A stretch of DNA of 62,243 bases, counting the filler, from Stramenopiles sp. TOSAG23-6 (taxonomy: Eukaryota): the NCBI GenBank assembly GCA_900128565.1. It is 19 parts of 19 records of this genome, joined end to end, with 100 filler letters (N's around TTAATTAATTAA, not from the genome) between each part and the next. Parts side by side here need not be neighbours in the genome. Positions count along the whole stretch, not along the records: positions 36,209 to 39,390 come from LT637627.1; positions 39,491 to 42,667 come from LT637629.1; positions 42,768 to 45,939 come from LT637630.1; positions 46,040 to 49,204 come from LT637631.1; positions 49,305 to 52,468 come from LT637632.1; 14 more parts are not named here. The stretch is one strand, 5' to 3'. Positions within the stretch are counted from its first letter, which is position 1, and the number at the start of each line of letters is the position of its first letter. Below, piece after piece: positions 38,597 through 49,808 of this stretch. The notes under the pieces were generated by a model. That model was not told the origin of the DNA. It searched no databases and saw only the letters and a program-made list of their open reading frames with translations. The translations under genes and the position numbers were made by a program.

Positions 38597-39390
38597 ATGT
38601 CAGATGCAGCTGAGTGGGCTGCAAAACGCCGTGCAGCAATAGAGAGGGCAAACAAAATGCGCCAAGAACGTCTTGAAGGCACCAATCAAGCGAAGAAATT
38701 ATCATTCAAGCCGAAAATAAATGCTGCACCCAAATGGCCTTCTGGAGTTAGTCGTCCTACAAGATCCCGGCAAAGAGCTCGAGCGAGTTCAGATACGACT
38801 GATCTACAAAGAGGAAGTAGAGGAAGTATGAATGGATTATCCTCAAGCGCAAGTCAGCGCAGAAGAAAACTTGTTTCAACAAATGAAGATTTTGGAGGTG
38901 GTCTCGGTGAAATTATGAAAAAAAGATCATTTTCAAAAACTGGAAAAGCGAGATATGGCAATAGCAAAGCGTATGAAACGAGGGTAGATGGTGATGGGTT
39001 AGAAAGTATTCAACAAAGAAGTGTAGAAGCACGTGCTAGGCAACGTGAATTTGCAAAAAATACTCAAAATTTGCAGAATGGGGATAATAAAACAGGGATT
39101 TTGTCATCTAAAACTGAAACTGGTGTTTTGAAAAATATTCGTCTTAGTGAATACGCGAGTTCTCGCTCTGATCGTTCTGGTTTACAACAACCAATAACTC
39201 AAACAACAAAGTTGAGATCTTGGGAGGTCGGAAGGAATGCTATTGTAAGCAACACGGTTGATGTGAGCGAAAGAAATTTATCTGGACAAAACCATCAGCA
39301 ACAGCAATATAATAATAACAGACAAATTCATCATCAGCAACAATACAATAATAGCAGACAAACTCAACAGTATCAACAGCAGCAACAATA
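38597..39390 (+). CDS. Hypothetical basic, disordered, Q-rich protein, 5' part
   Basis: Open frame from MSDAAEWAAKRRAAIERA to the contig end. Confidence 0.7.
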
Positions 39391-39490
39391 NNNNNNNNNN
39401 NNNNNNNNNNNNNNNNNNNNNNNNNNNNNNNNNNTTAATTAATTAANNNNNNNNNNNNNNNNNNNNNNNNNNNNNNNNNNNNNNNNNNNN

Positions 39491-41750
39491 ACTGTCATTT
39501 TTTTCTTTACAAGTGGATTATGCATTGATGTATTCAACAAAATTGATGTATTGTGAAAAAATATTTTTTTTTTAGCAAAAAAAATCGTTAGGTATGCAAT
39601 TTCATACGAAAATAAAATGTATGTAAAAAAATCAATTTTAAAAACGTACATGTCTCAGACACAGTTTCACAGAAAGAAACACAAGGATCTGCAACTTTAA
39701 TTTCTACTTCTGAAAATAGACATCGAAGATCATACATGATTGAATCTGCATGAAGTTCACCAGTACTATATATTACGTGTTCTCCAGATTCCTCAACTTT
39801 TGTATGAGCTAATGGGTAACTTTTATTAACATTTCGAAGACCTTCAAGCATTTTTGGTAACTCCGATGGACGCAACGGTTCCACTGCAATTTTAACAACC
39901 GAAATTGTATCAAATACCAGAGGTTTGAAAATGGCAAGAGCTTCGCTTTCACCTGAGGGTACATCTCCAGATGTAGATGAATATGTATTAGCATCAAGAG
40001 AACATACTGTTGCTGTTTTCATGATACTAGCATCAATTCCTTCGAGCATGACTAAATTACCAGCAATGGCTCGAGAAATATTAACTCTATATCGTCCTTG
40101 CATAACAGCAACAGATGTTACTCGACAGGTAACGCAATCTTCTTCATCGTATTCTGAATAACCTTCGCCAAGGACAGATACATTTTGTGCTGGGCTTAAA
40201 GTCCCCGAAAATAAACGCCCAAAAGCTCCAAATGTTTTACCATCCGGGGAAGGAAACATTTTTACTACATTAAACATTACAGGAGCATCAGATTTACATT
40301 GTTTCATAGCAAGGGAAAGAGCTGAGTCTTGTGATCCAGAATATACTCGAGAGACTTTAGTAGGAGCTCCAGTTTTAGGAGTTGGCAAATGATTTGTAAC
40401 CATGCTTACAATTCCTTCGACACGGTGTTTTTGACCAAAAAAACGTGACATGACAATCTTAATTAATGGAGCAGGATCCATTCGTAGTTCTGTTTTTTTT
40501 ACTTTTATATGCAATTCTGATAATGTTTTAGCAAGCTCATCCTCATGTTCACCTAATACTTGCGAATACACCTTATACAGTGGTTCTAATATAAACTCCA
40601 CAAAAGTTCGTTTCATGCTGCTATTCGCCCGAGTTTTAGAAAATTGTCGAGTTTCTGCATCGAAAAATATGTCACCCCAAAGCCTTCGTGCAAAAGCTGT
40701 GGCATCAACATTTCCATGCCATCGACTATAATGTTCCGCAAATGATAATAAAGTGAAACTCCATCCATCAGTACTTGAAGTGAACGCGACATTTCCTAAT
40801 TCAGGTGAAACTCTCGCCGTGGACGAATTAGTACTATTACCCAAAGAAAATGTTGCGAGTATATTATTGACTTCTTGAATGACGTGACATATTTTATGAA
40901 AGGCATCAGTCGGTGGTAATCTTAACTCAGTAATGAGACGATCCATTTTAGACAAAACTAAAGTAATCGGTATTCCTGCTTGACACACATGTTTTAAAAG
41001 TCTCTCTGTTTGCAGCATCACACCTTCAACGACATCTACTACAACAATACAACCATCCGCAGCTCGTAATGACGCTGTTACTTCACCAGAAAAATTTGGA
41101 TGCCCAGGTGTGTCAATAACGTTGAGTAAGAAGTGCTTGCCTCTGATGTCAGGCAGGACTACAGTTATAGGGCAAGCTTTTAAACTTATACCGCGTTCCT
41201 GTTCATCTTTACGAGTATCTGTATAGCGCCTTTGACCATGTAATGGCCACGATTCTTTGTGGGTTTGTTCAATAAGTAAATCCAAAAGACTAGTTTTCCC
41301 GTGGTGTAAGTGACCAACAACAGCAATATTACGAATGAGTGAAGTTGTTTCCATCAAAGTCGTCATGAACTCAAGTGAATAATTAAGCTCTGGAACTTCT
41401 TTCTCCAAAACTGAAAATACTTTGGCTTTGACAGGTTTGATTATTGGCTCTGTAATTGGTTGCGTATCCTCGTCTTCAACACGAGTCTCGGCGTCTGGAT
41501 ATACTTCACTTGCATCTGGATAGTATTGTTTGTCTTCTTGAAGCACGATCTGCTGCCCAGCAGCGGCAGCATTGGTTGCTGCTGCTGCAGAAACATCACC
41601 TAACAGTGCCAATTCATCCCCCTCTGCATCACCACCAGATTCTGGTCCAGATTCGGAATCAGAGCTTTCAGAATCGAACGCTTCTGAGTCAGACCCCGAA
41701 AGTTCAGGGCCAATGTAATTCCCAAACTCGTCATAAAGTTCTTCGTCCAT
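39491..41750 (-). CDS. EFTUD2: U5 snRNP 116 kDa GTPase (Snu114), 3' truncated
   Basis: MDEELYDEFGNYIGPEL, IVLQEDKQYYP, GHLHHGKT, DTPGHPNF, AVEPLRPSELPKMLEGLR, KVEESGEH. First family intron at 39649-39546. Confidence 0.97.
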
Positions 41751-42101
41751 ATCGATAGAGACACTAGATTAGCACTTTAATAAATTAATACAAGCCTTTC
41801 TTATATTCCAATCTTTCTTCAACAATTTCTCACAACTAAACGTAACTCAATGGGTTGTACACTGAATAGGGTTCTTCGATAAGGAGCGGACTACCTTTTT
41901 TGTTACGTACTATTGCGGGTCTTGCATGGAGAACGTGCTCTCGACGACCTCGACTCTCTCTCGCGAGTTCATTCAATTCCAATTTTTTTTTTTTACCTAG
42001 GCTAGACGGGCAGTTTTGTTCCTTGGAATGAATTGAAATAATTTCAAAGGTTCAAAAAAAAAATTGAAAAAATTTAGACAGCCCTGGCTAAACGCTACAC
42101 A

Positions 42102-42667
42102 ATGCATTATTTCTCAAAATTTCATGGGGGAGATGTACCTAAAAGTTTTAATATTGATACTTTTGCGGCCATAGTTGCCGTATGTGTGGCTCTTCCTTAT
42201 AGTGTATTTCTTCGAGGTGATTGGTTTTTCTTATCAACTTGGGATGACGACGCCAACTTCTTAGAAAATGATGTAATTCTTGGACTTAGTTTTAGCCACA
42301 TTTGGTCTANNNNNNNNNNNNNNNNNNNNNNNNNNNNNNNNNNNNNNNNNNNNNNNNNNNNNNNNNNNNNNNNNNNNNNNNNNNNNNNNNNAGATGCCTT
42401 GGGTGTTGGAAGTGCAAGTCACTCAAGATCTGTTCGTCTCGCTTCTCTAATGATCCATATTGTTTCAGCTGTGCTATTATATTTACTTGTATTGCGTTTA
42501 TTATCTCGGATTTGCAATACAACGTACAGTATTAAAAGGGAAAATTCAGCTGTTGAAGCAATGTTGAATCGATGTCATCAATACAGACTACAAATTGCGA
42601 GTATGCTTGCTTCTATTCTATGGGGCATTCATCCAATCAACGCGGAAGTTGTTTCATGGCCATCAGC
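42102..42667 (+). CDS. TMTC/GT-C-type membrane glycosyltransferase, 5' part
   Basis: Transmembrane helix followed by WDDDANFLEN (acidic DD motif), later HIVSAVLLYLL and WGIHPINAEVVSW. Confidence 0.75.
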
Positions 42668-42767
42668 NNNNNNNNNNNNNNNNNNNNNNNNNNNNNNNNN
42701 NNNNNNNNNNNTTAATTAATTAANNNNNNNNNNNNNNNNNNNNNNNNNNNNNNNNNNNNNNNNNNNN

Positions 42768-44312
42768 TTTTTTTTTTTTTTTTTCAAAGGAATTTTTTTC
42801 CCTAACTTTTTTTTTTTTTTTTTACTAACCAAAAAAAAAAAAAATTAATATTTTTCCAAATTACATCCAGTTTTATTATCTACACTGACTAATGAAGAAA
42901 AAGCTTATATAGATTTGACAATAACTAAAAAAACTAAAAAAACTAAAAAAAACAAAAATTCTACATCTGATGATAGCCCTAACCCTAACAAAAAATCTAC
43001 AAATTCCAAAAATTCCAAAAAACGAAAATCTAAAGATTTATCTAAAGAAATATCAACAGAATCGATTATACCCAACCCTAACCCTAATTCACCAAAAAAG
43101 AAGAAAAAAAAATCACCAAAAAAAAAACACGAAAAATTAACAAAATTGTTTCAAGCAGTACAAAATATTATGCACAATTGTCAAAAACATGAAAAAATAT
43201 TTTTTTCCTTTTACTCAAAACAATTAAAACCATTTGTATCTCAGCATGTGTTATCAAAATTACCAAAATTAACTGACCTTGAAAGAAGTTTTATTTGTAT
43301 GTAGTCAAACATTCAAAACATTTCAAAAAATAATTTCATACGAAATTTTTGTACCTAACCAAAAAAACCAAAAAAATTTAAATTTTTTTTTTTTTCATAC
43401 GAAATTTTGTACCTAACATTTAAAAAAAAATATATAATTAAAGCAGCACAGATGATAACTTATTTGATCCCGGGACACCATCATCTGTTGTTCAACCAAT
43501 CGGGATTGGAAATGTATCTAAAAAGCTAACTCTTTATACTCATCAATTAAAAGGGTTTGAATGGTTATTGTACATGTTTGATAGAGGTATGCATCCAATT
43601 CTTGCGGATGAGATGGGTCTAGGGAAAACCATCCAAACAATTACATGCATGTTTTATTTTTTTCAAATTTTTTATCTACATTTTTTTTTTTTTTGGTAAA
43701 AAAATTTTGTACCTAACAGAAAAAATCAAAAAAAATATTTTTTCACAATTACATTTATTGCTTCATTAAAATTAGATAGAAAGTTACCAGGTACTTTTCT
43801 AATAATAGTTCCACTCAGCGTTATTTCGAATTGGATGATCGAAATCCAACGATGGTGTCCCACATTACGTGCAGTTCGACTTCATGTACGTTTTTGTATT
43901 TCAATTTTTTTTTTTTAAATTTAAAAAAAAAAAAAAAAAAAAAATTTTCAAATAATTTTTTTTTCCCAAAAAAAAAATGTACCTAACAAAATTTAATTCT
44001 TTTTTTTTTTTTTTTTTTCACACAATAAATACCTATGAAAAAACAGAGAGGGACCGCATTCGTGATAGTATCATTCAAGATATGAATGAATTAGATATTG
44101 TTGTTACAACGTATGAAACTGTGAAAGGAAAAGATATGATATCTAGTCTTATTCATCAAACAACTTGGCTTGGTGTTGTGTTGGATGAGGCACATCGCAT
44201 AAAAAATGAAAAAAGTAAAACATCAGTGGTTTTGTCACACATCAAAGCATGTATAAAGATATTATTAACTGGAACTCCATTACAAAATAACATGTATGTT
44301 TTACATTATACC

Positions 44313-44344
<32 letters not shown>

Positions 44345-44362
44345 TTTAAAAAATTTTTTAAA

Positions 44363-44394
<32 letters not shown>

Positions 44395-45939
44395 GGTATA
44401 ATGTAAAACATACATGTTATTTTGTAATGGAGTTCCAGTTAATAATATCTTTATACATGCTTTGATGTGTGACAAAACCACTGATGTTTTACTTTTTTCA
44501 TTTTTTATGCGATGTGCCTCATCCAACACAACACCAAGCCAAGTTGTTTGATGAATAAGACTAGATATCATATCTTTTCCTTTCACAGTTTCATACGTTG
44601 TAACAACAATATCTAATTCATTCATATCTTGAATGATACTATCACGAATGCGGTCCCTCTCTGTTTTTTCATAGGTATTTATTGTGTGAAAAAAAAAAAA
44701 AAAAAAAGAATTAAATTTTGTTAGGTACATTTTTTTTTTGGGAAAAAAAAATTATTTGAAAATTTTTTTTTTTTTTTTTTTTTTAAATTTAAAAAAAAAA
44801 AATTGAAATACAAAAACGTACATGAAGTCGAACTGCACGTAATGTGGGACACCATCGTTGGATTTCGATCATCCAATTCGAAATAACGCTGAGTGGAACT
44901 ATTATTAGAAAAGTACCTGGTAACTTTCTATCTAATTTTAATGAAGCAATAAATGTAATTGTGAAAAAATATTTTTTTTGATTTTTTCTGTTAGGTACAA
45001 AATTTTTTTACCAAAAAAAAAAAAAATGTAGATAAAAAATTTGAAAAAAATAAAACATGCATGTAATTGTTTGGATGGTTTTCCCTAGACCCATCTCATC
45101 CGCAAGAATTGGATGCATACCTCTATCAAACATGTACAATAACCATTCAAACCCTTTTAATTGATGAGTATAAAGAGTTAGCTTTTTAGATACATTTCCA
45201 ATCCCGATTGGTTGAACAACAGATGATGGTGTCCCGGGATCAAATAAGTTATCATCTGTGCTGCTTTAATTATATATTTTTTTTTAAATGTTAGGTACAA
45301 AATTTCGTATGAAAAAAAAAAAAATTTAAATTTTTTTGGTTTTTTTGGTTAGGTACAAAAATTTCGTATGAAATTATTTTTTGAAATGTTTTGAATGTTT
45401 GACTACATACAAATAAAACTTCTTTCAAGGTCAGTTAATTTTGGTAATTTTGATAACACATGCTGAGATACAAATGGTTTTAATTGTTTTGAGTAAAAGG
45501 AAAAAAATATTTTTTCATGTTTTTGACAATTGTGCATAATATTTTGTACTGCTTGAAACAATTTTGTTAATTTTTCGTGTTTTTTTTTTGGTGATTTTTT
45601 TTTCTTCTTTTTTGGTGAATTAGGGTTAGGGTTGGGTATAATCGATTCTGTTGATATTTCTTTAGATAAATCTTTAGATTTTCGTTTTTTGGAATTTTTG
45701 GAATTTGTAGATTTTTTGTTAGGGTTAGGGCTATCATCAGATGTAGAATTTTTGTTTTTTTTAGTTTTTTTAGTTTTTTTAGTTATTGTCAAATCTATAT
45801 AAGCTTTTTCTTCATTAGTCAGTGTAGATAATAAAACTGGATGTAATTTGGAAAAATATTAATTTTTTTTTTTTTTGGTTAGTAAAAAAAAAAAAAAAAA
45901 GTTAGGGAAAAAAATTCCTTTGAAAAAAAAAAAAAAAAA
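42768..45939. repeat. Whole-contig perfect inverted duplication centred at 44353/44354
   Basis: Identical ORFs on both strands (43977-44465 + and 44242-44730 -; 42915-43304 + and 45403-45792 -). Confidence 0.96.
42868..44293 (+). CDS. SNF2-family chromatin-remodelling ATPase fragment
   Basis: ILADEMGLGKTIQT, IVPLSVISNW, VVTTYE, VLDEAHRIKN, LLTGTPLQNN. Introns 43647-43754 (GC..AT) and 43886-44030 (GT..AT). Confidence 0.92.
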
Positions 45940-46126
45940 NNNNNNNNNNNNNNNNNNNNNNNNNNNNNNNNNNNNNNNNNNNNTTAATTAATTAANNNNN
46001 NNNNNNNNNNNNNNNNNNNNNNNNNNNNNNNNNNNNNNNTTTTTTCAATTTCGAATTTATTTTCGTACGAAATTTTGTACCTAACGATTTTTTTCATTTA
46101 AAAAAAAATATTTTTCCAAAATACAT

Positions 46127-48756
46127 GGAATAATGTCATCAGAATTAGTAATGATGTAAACCAGGCTGCTGATGCGGCGATATCGGCAGCTCGTTGGAAA
46201 TATGAGCAATGTAAAGATAAAACACAAATATCTTTAGAAAAAGTTATTGAAAACACAAATAAACGGAATAAATATAGAGAAATGGAATGTACAGATAAAA
46301 AACTTCGTCGATTAGAAAAATTAAAAGGTGGAATTTCTGCTGCTGTATTAGCCTCACGAAATATTAAATATCCACAATATCCATACACTTCAATATTGGA
46401 CCCTAAAAAGAAATCAAATTTTGATGCATTGAAAAATGATGAATGTCCTCTGTGGCTTGGTGTAGTTTTGTGTAATATGTATTTTGCACACCACATACTT
46501 TCTTATATAGATCAACCCAATGTAGCTGCTGTGAATCGTTCATGTGCGTTTTCATCATTCATTTCAAACGTTATTGTTTTTCATAGAAAATTCTGTACCT
46601 AACAATTATTTTTACTAAAAACAATATTTTTTCACAATACATGGCATGCTATTTTAAACTTACACAAATTAAAAGCTCCACCACCACCTGCAGATTGTGA
46701 AATACCTCTTTTGTTTTATGTGCGTTTACACATATTTTTAAATGAAACTGTACATGTTGAAAATGACATTGAAGATGGCATTGTAATGGATCAAAATGAT
46801 ATAAGAGCTGTTGGGTTACGTTCTGTCAATACTTTATTAGATTGTGGTGCTCATATTCATGATGCAGAGTCTGCACTTGGTAATGAATGGTCAACATCTT
46901 CAAAAATACAAACAAGGCGAGATTCATTTACTGATTTTAATGCTCAAAGCACACCAGGAGAAAATTTTGCATGTGGGATGAAAAAACGAGGAAAAACGAT
47001 ATATACATCTCTGGCTTCTGGTCCAACTCCTCTCTCAGCATTACAAGTATCTGCGTATTATGGAAATAGACATCTTGTAGAAATTCTTTCCCTTCGTAGT
47101 GGTCAATCTTCAGATGTTCGATTATGTTCTGCTTATACATGGTTGCACAGGGGTCATTTACCCAATTTTTCAGCAAAAACCCTAAACAAATCAAAATCAA
47201 ATAGTAATGGTGAAAAATTGCGTAATGATGCGGATGCTACAGTAGATCGGTTTTGGAAACAAGAAATGGCAAAACTAAAAAGTCAGGGCCTATTTCAGCT
47301 ATTACCTAAATGTGATTTTAGAAAATCTGTACAAATGGCAAGATACTGTAGAAAGAAAAATTCATTAGATATCATTTCCATTATTCAAAATATGTTGGTT
47401 ACAAATGAAAACAATGCGAAACAATGGTTAAAAGATGAAAAGGTGACTTTGTTTAACATCAAACGTAAAGAAATGCATTCAAAAACTGAATATTTAGTTG
47501 CTAAAGCGAGAATGAAAGAAGCTTCTGAAATGGCTCTCATTGCTTCGAATTTTGCCTCAGAACAAGTAATCAAAGCTAAAACCCAAGTAAAACATGCTGT
47601 TGAAGTAGCCGAAGCTTCCAAAGCTGCCGATGAACTTTTTTCATTATTGGATGCCACTGAATTAAATAGTAAATCGAATTCTAGTAAGAAGAAGAAGAAG
47701 AAGAAAAAAAAAAAGAAAAGGTGTAAAAATAATGATAATACTTGTATTTTTCAAAAAAATGTAACCCCAACAAATGAAGAAGAAGCTTTAAAACAAGTAT
47801 CCGAAGTTTCTATTAGAAAAACTATCGATCTTGAAAATATGGAAAAAAATCGTGAAAAAAAAGAAGAATTGCGTAAAGTAGAAGAAGAGAAAATAAAACA
47901 AAGACGAGCAATAAAGGAAGCGAAACAGAAAGACAAAAAAGCTCGAAGGAAACTGATAAAAACTATTATTGGGATGTGGCCTGTTGTGGTTGAAAATGAT
48001 TTGAAAGAGAAAACAAATTTATTATCAACAGAAGAATTTACAGAACTTGTGCAGCGTGGGGATCTTCATGAAATTCGGAGTTTTGTACTTGGTAAAGATG
48101 TTGCCGAAGCATTACGCGATGTAGAACATTTAAAGATGAAAGAAAAATCTAAAAATGAAATGAATATCAATACATCTAAAACAAAAGATGAAGTTGAAAA
48201 AATAGAATCTGTAGAATCATTGGCTTTACGACAAGCAATTCAAGAAGTAGACCGCTTAAAAAAAGAAGCTGCTGCAGTTGCTGTTGCTGCTGAAGAAGAA
48301 GTGGCGCGAATTCGTGCTGATGCAAATACTAGGGTTGATTCTCAAGTAAAGGCTAAATTGCAAGCTTTGGAAGAGGAAATGGCAAATCTTCGAGCAGTAC
48401 ATCAACAGGAAAGAGTTAGCCCAAAATTTCAAAGAGCTAGTCCAACGTTTCATCAAGTACCATCGCAGTATGCTTTCGTACCAAATTTAGTACCAACTCA
48501 ATATCCAGCCAACATTGGTTTTGTCCCACTTGGTATGCCACCCGCTCCAATACATTATGGATATCCACCTATCTCACCTGTTGATTTTCAATTTGAGAAG
48601 ACAGATAATATAAAAGTCGGTGGAAACTTCTGTATAGGACCAGGATCGTTTTACTATCATGCCCTAGGTCCAAATGCTATACCAACAGCAGCGAACCTAC
48701 CTCCTGACTTTAAAGCTAGAAATTCGCTGTATCATCATAACAACAATGTTGGATGA
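46127..48756 (+). CDS. Large hypothetical protein, 3' part, with an ankyrin-like motif, poly-K, coiled coil and Pro-rich tail
   Basis: SALQVSAYYGNRHLVEIL is ankyrin-like. Upstream exons are delimited by family introns (motifs near 46078 and 46596). Confidence 0.7.
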
Positions 48757-49019
48757 TTGCATCATAAATGATATTTCCAGTGGTATGCTTTCTATTCCCC
48801 TTATTTGTAATAATTACAAATGTGTATTCTATTTGAAATTAAAGAAATCGTTAAATTTATTTACTATTATTTCTTACTCTTTTTCATTTAGTGTTAGGTT
48901 ACCCAGTACAATCCTCTAGGAGGTACACTTGCTGAAATCTTTCACATTCATTTCGATTTCAATTTCAAAGTTCATTAATAGTTACCTCAGTATGACTAAA
49001 ATATGTAATGCAAAATATT

Positions 49020-49140
49020 ATGTAGAATGTAATGTAAAATGTAATGTAAAATGTAATGTAAAATATAATGTAAAATGCAATGTAAAATGTAATGCAAAAA
49101 TATAATTGTAAAATGTAATGTAAATGTAAAATGAAATGCA
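49020..49140. repeat. AATGT/AAAATGT microsatellite
   Basis: Repeating TGTAATGTAAAA units. Confidence 0.8.
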
Positions 49141-49151
49141 AAAAAATAAAA

Positions 49152-49204
49152 GACGGCGCAGAATCGAACTGCGTTGTAAAACTACTCCAGTAGCATCTTA
49201 TGAA
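49152..49204 (-). tRNA. Possible 3' half of a tRNA or tRNA-like Pol III gene, cut by the contig end
   Basis: Minus strand CGCAG-TTCGATT-CTGCG forms a 5-bp T-arm with a B-box-like loop. It is preceded by a CTACT..AGTAG hairpin and followed by a T run. The 5' half is missing. Confidence 0.35.
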
Positions 49205-49808
49205 NNNNNNNNNNNNNNNNNNNNNNNNNNNNNNNNNNNNNNNNNNNNTTAATTAATTAANNNNNNNNNNNNNNNNNNNNNNNNNNNNNNNNNNNNNNNN
49301 NNNNATGCAGCGAACGAGAATCGAAACAACCACCTTTGATTCTTGATGTTTTTTGATGGGGCATCAAAGTCTTATTTGTTTTAACACGAAATTTTGATGT
49401 GACTTTATTTGTTTCAGCCTTGGTATGCGTTGAGGGTACCGTAGTACGTGGACGTGGACGTCGTGGTCCTGTCTGTTCGTGTTGATGTTGACACATCATC
49501 TCTCACGAGTGGTACCTTATCCGAGTACGAGTCAATAAAAAAAAAAATTTCGATTTGGATTTCTTCATTTCGTGTTTTATAAAATTAAATTTTAGCAAAA
49601 TTAAATTTATCTCAAAAATCAAATGTTTCAAAAAATCCCAAAATCATCAATAGTAGGTCCTGGTTACAACGCCGGCCTTGAAAAGAGAACTGATACTGAT
49701 CAACAGCATCGCTCTCTTGAAGTGTATTCCCATTAAATATAAACGACTCGTGATCAGAAACTCGATAAGCAAAGAATCATAAAACATAATTCCAATATAT
49801 AGTGGGAA

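Noticed and set aside
44414-45841. Second SNF2 gene on the minus strand
   Set aside because: Exact mirror of 42868-44293 within a palindromic contig.
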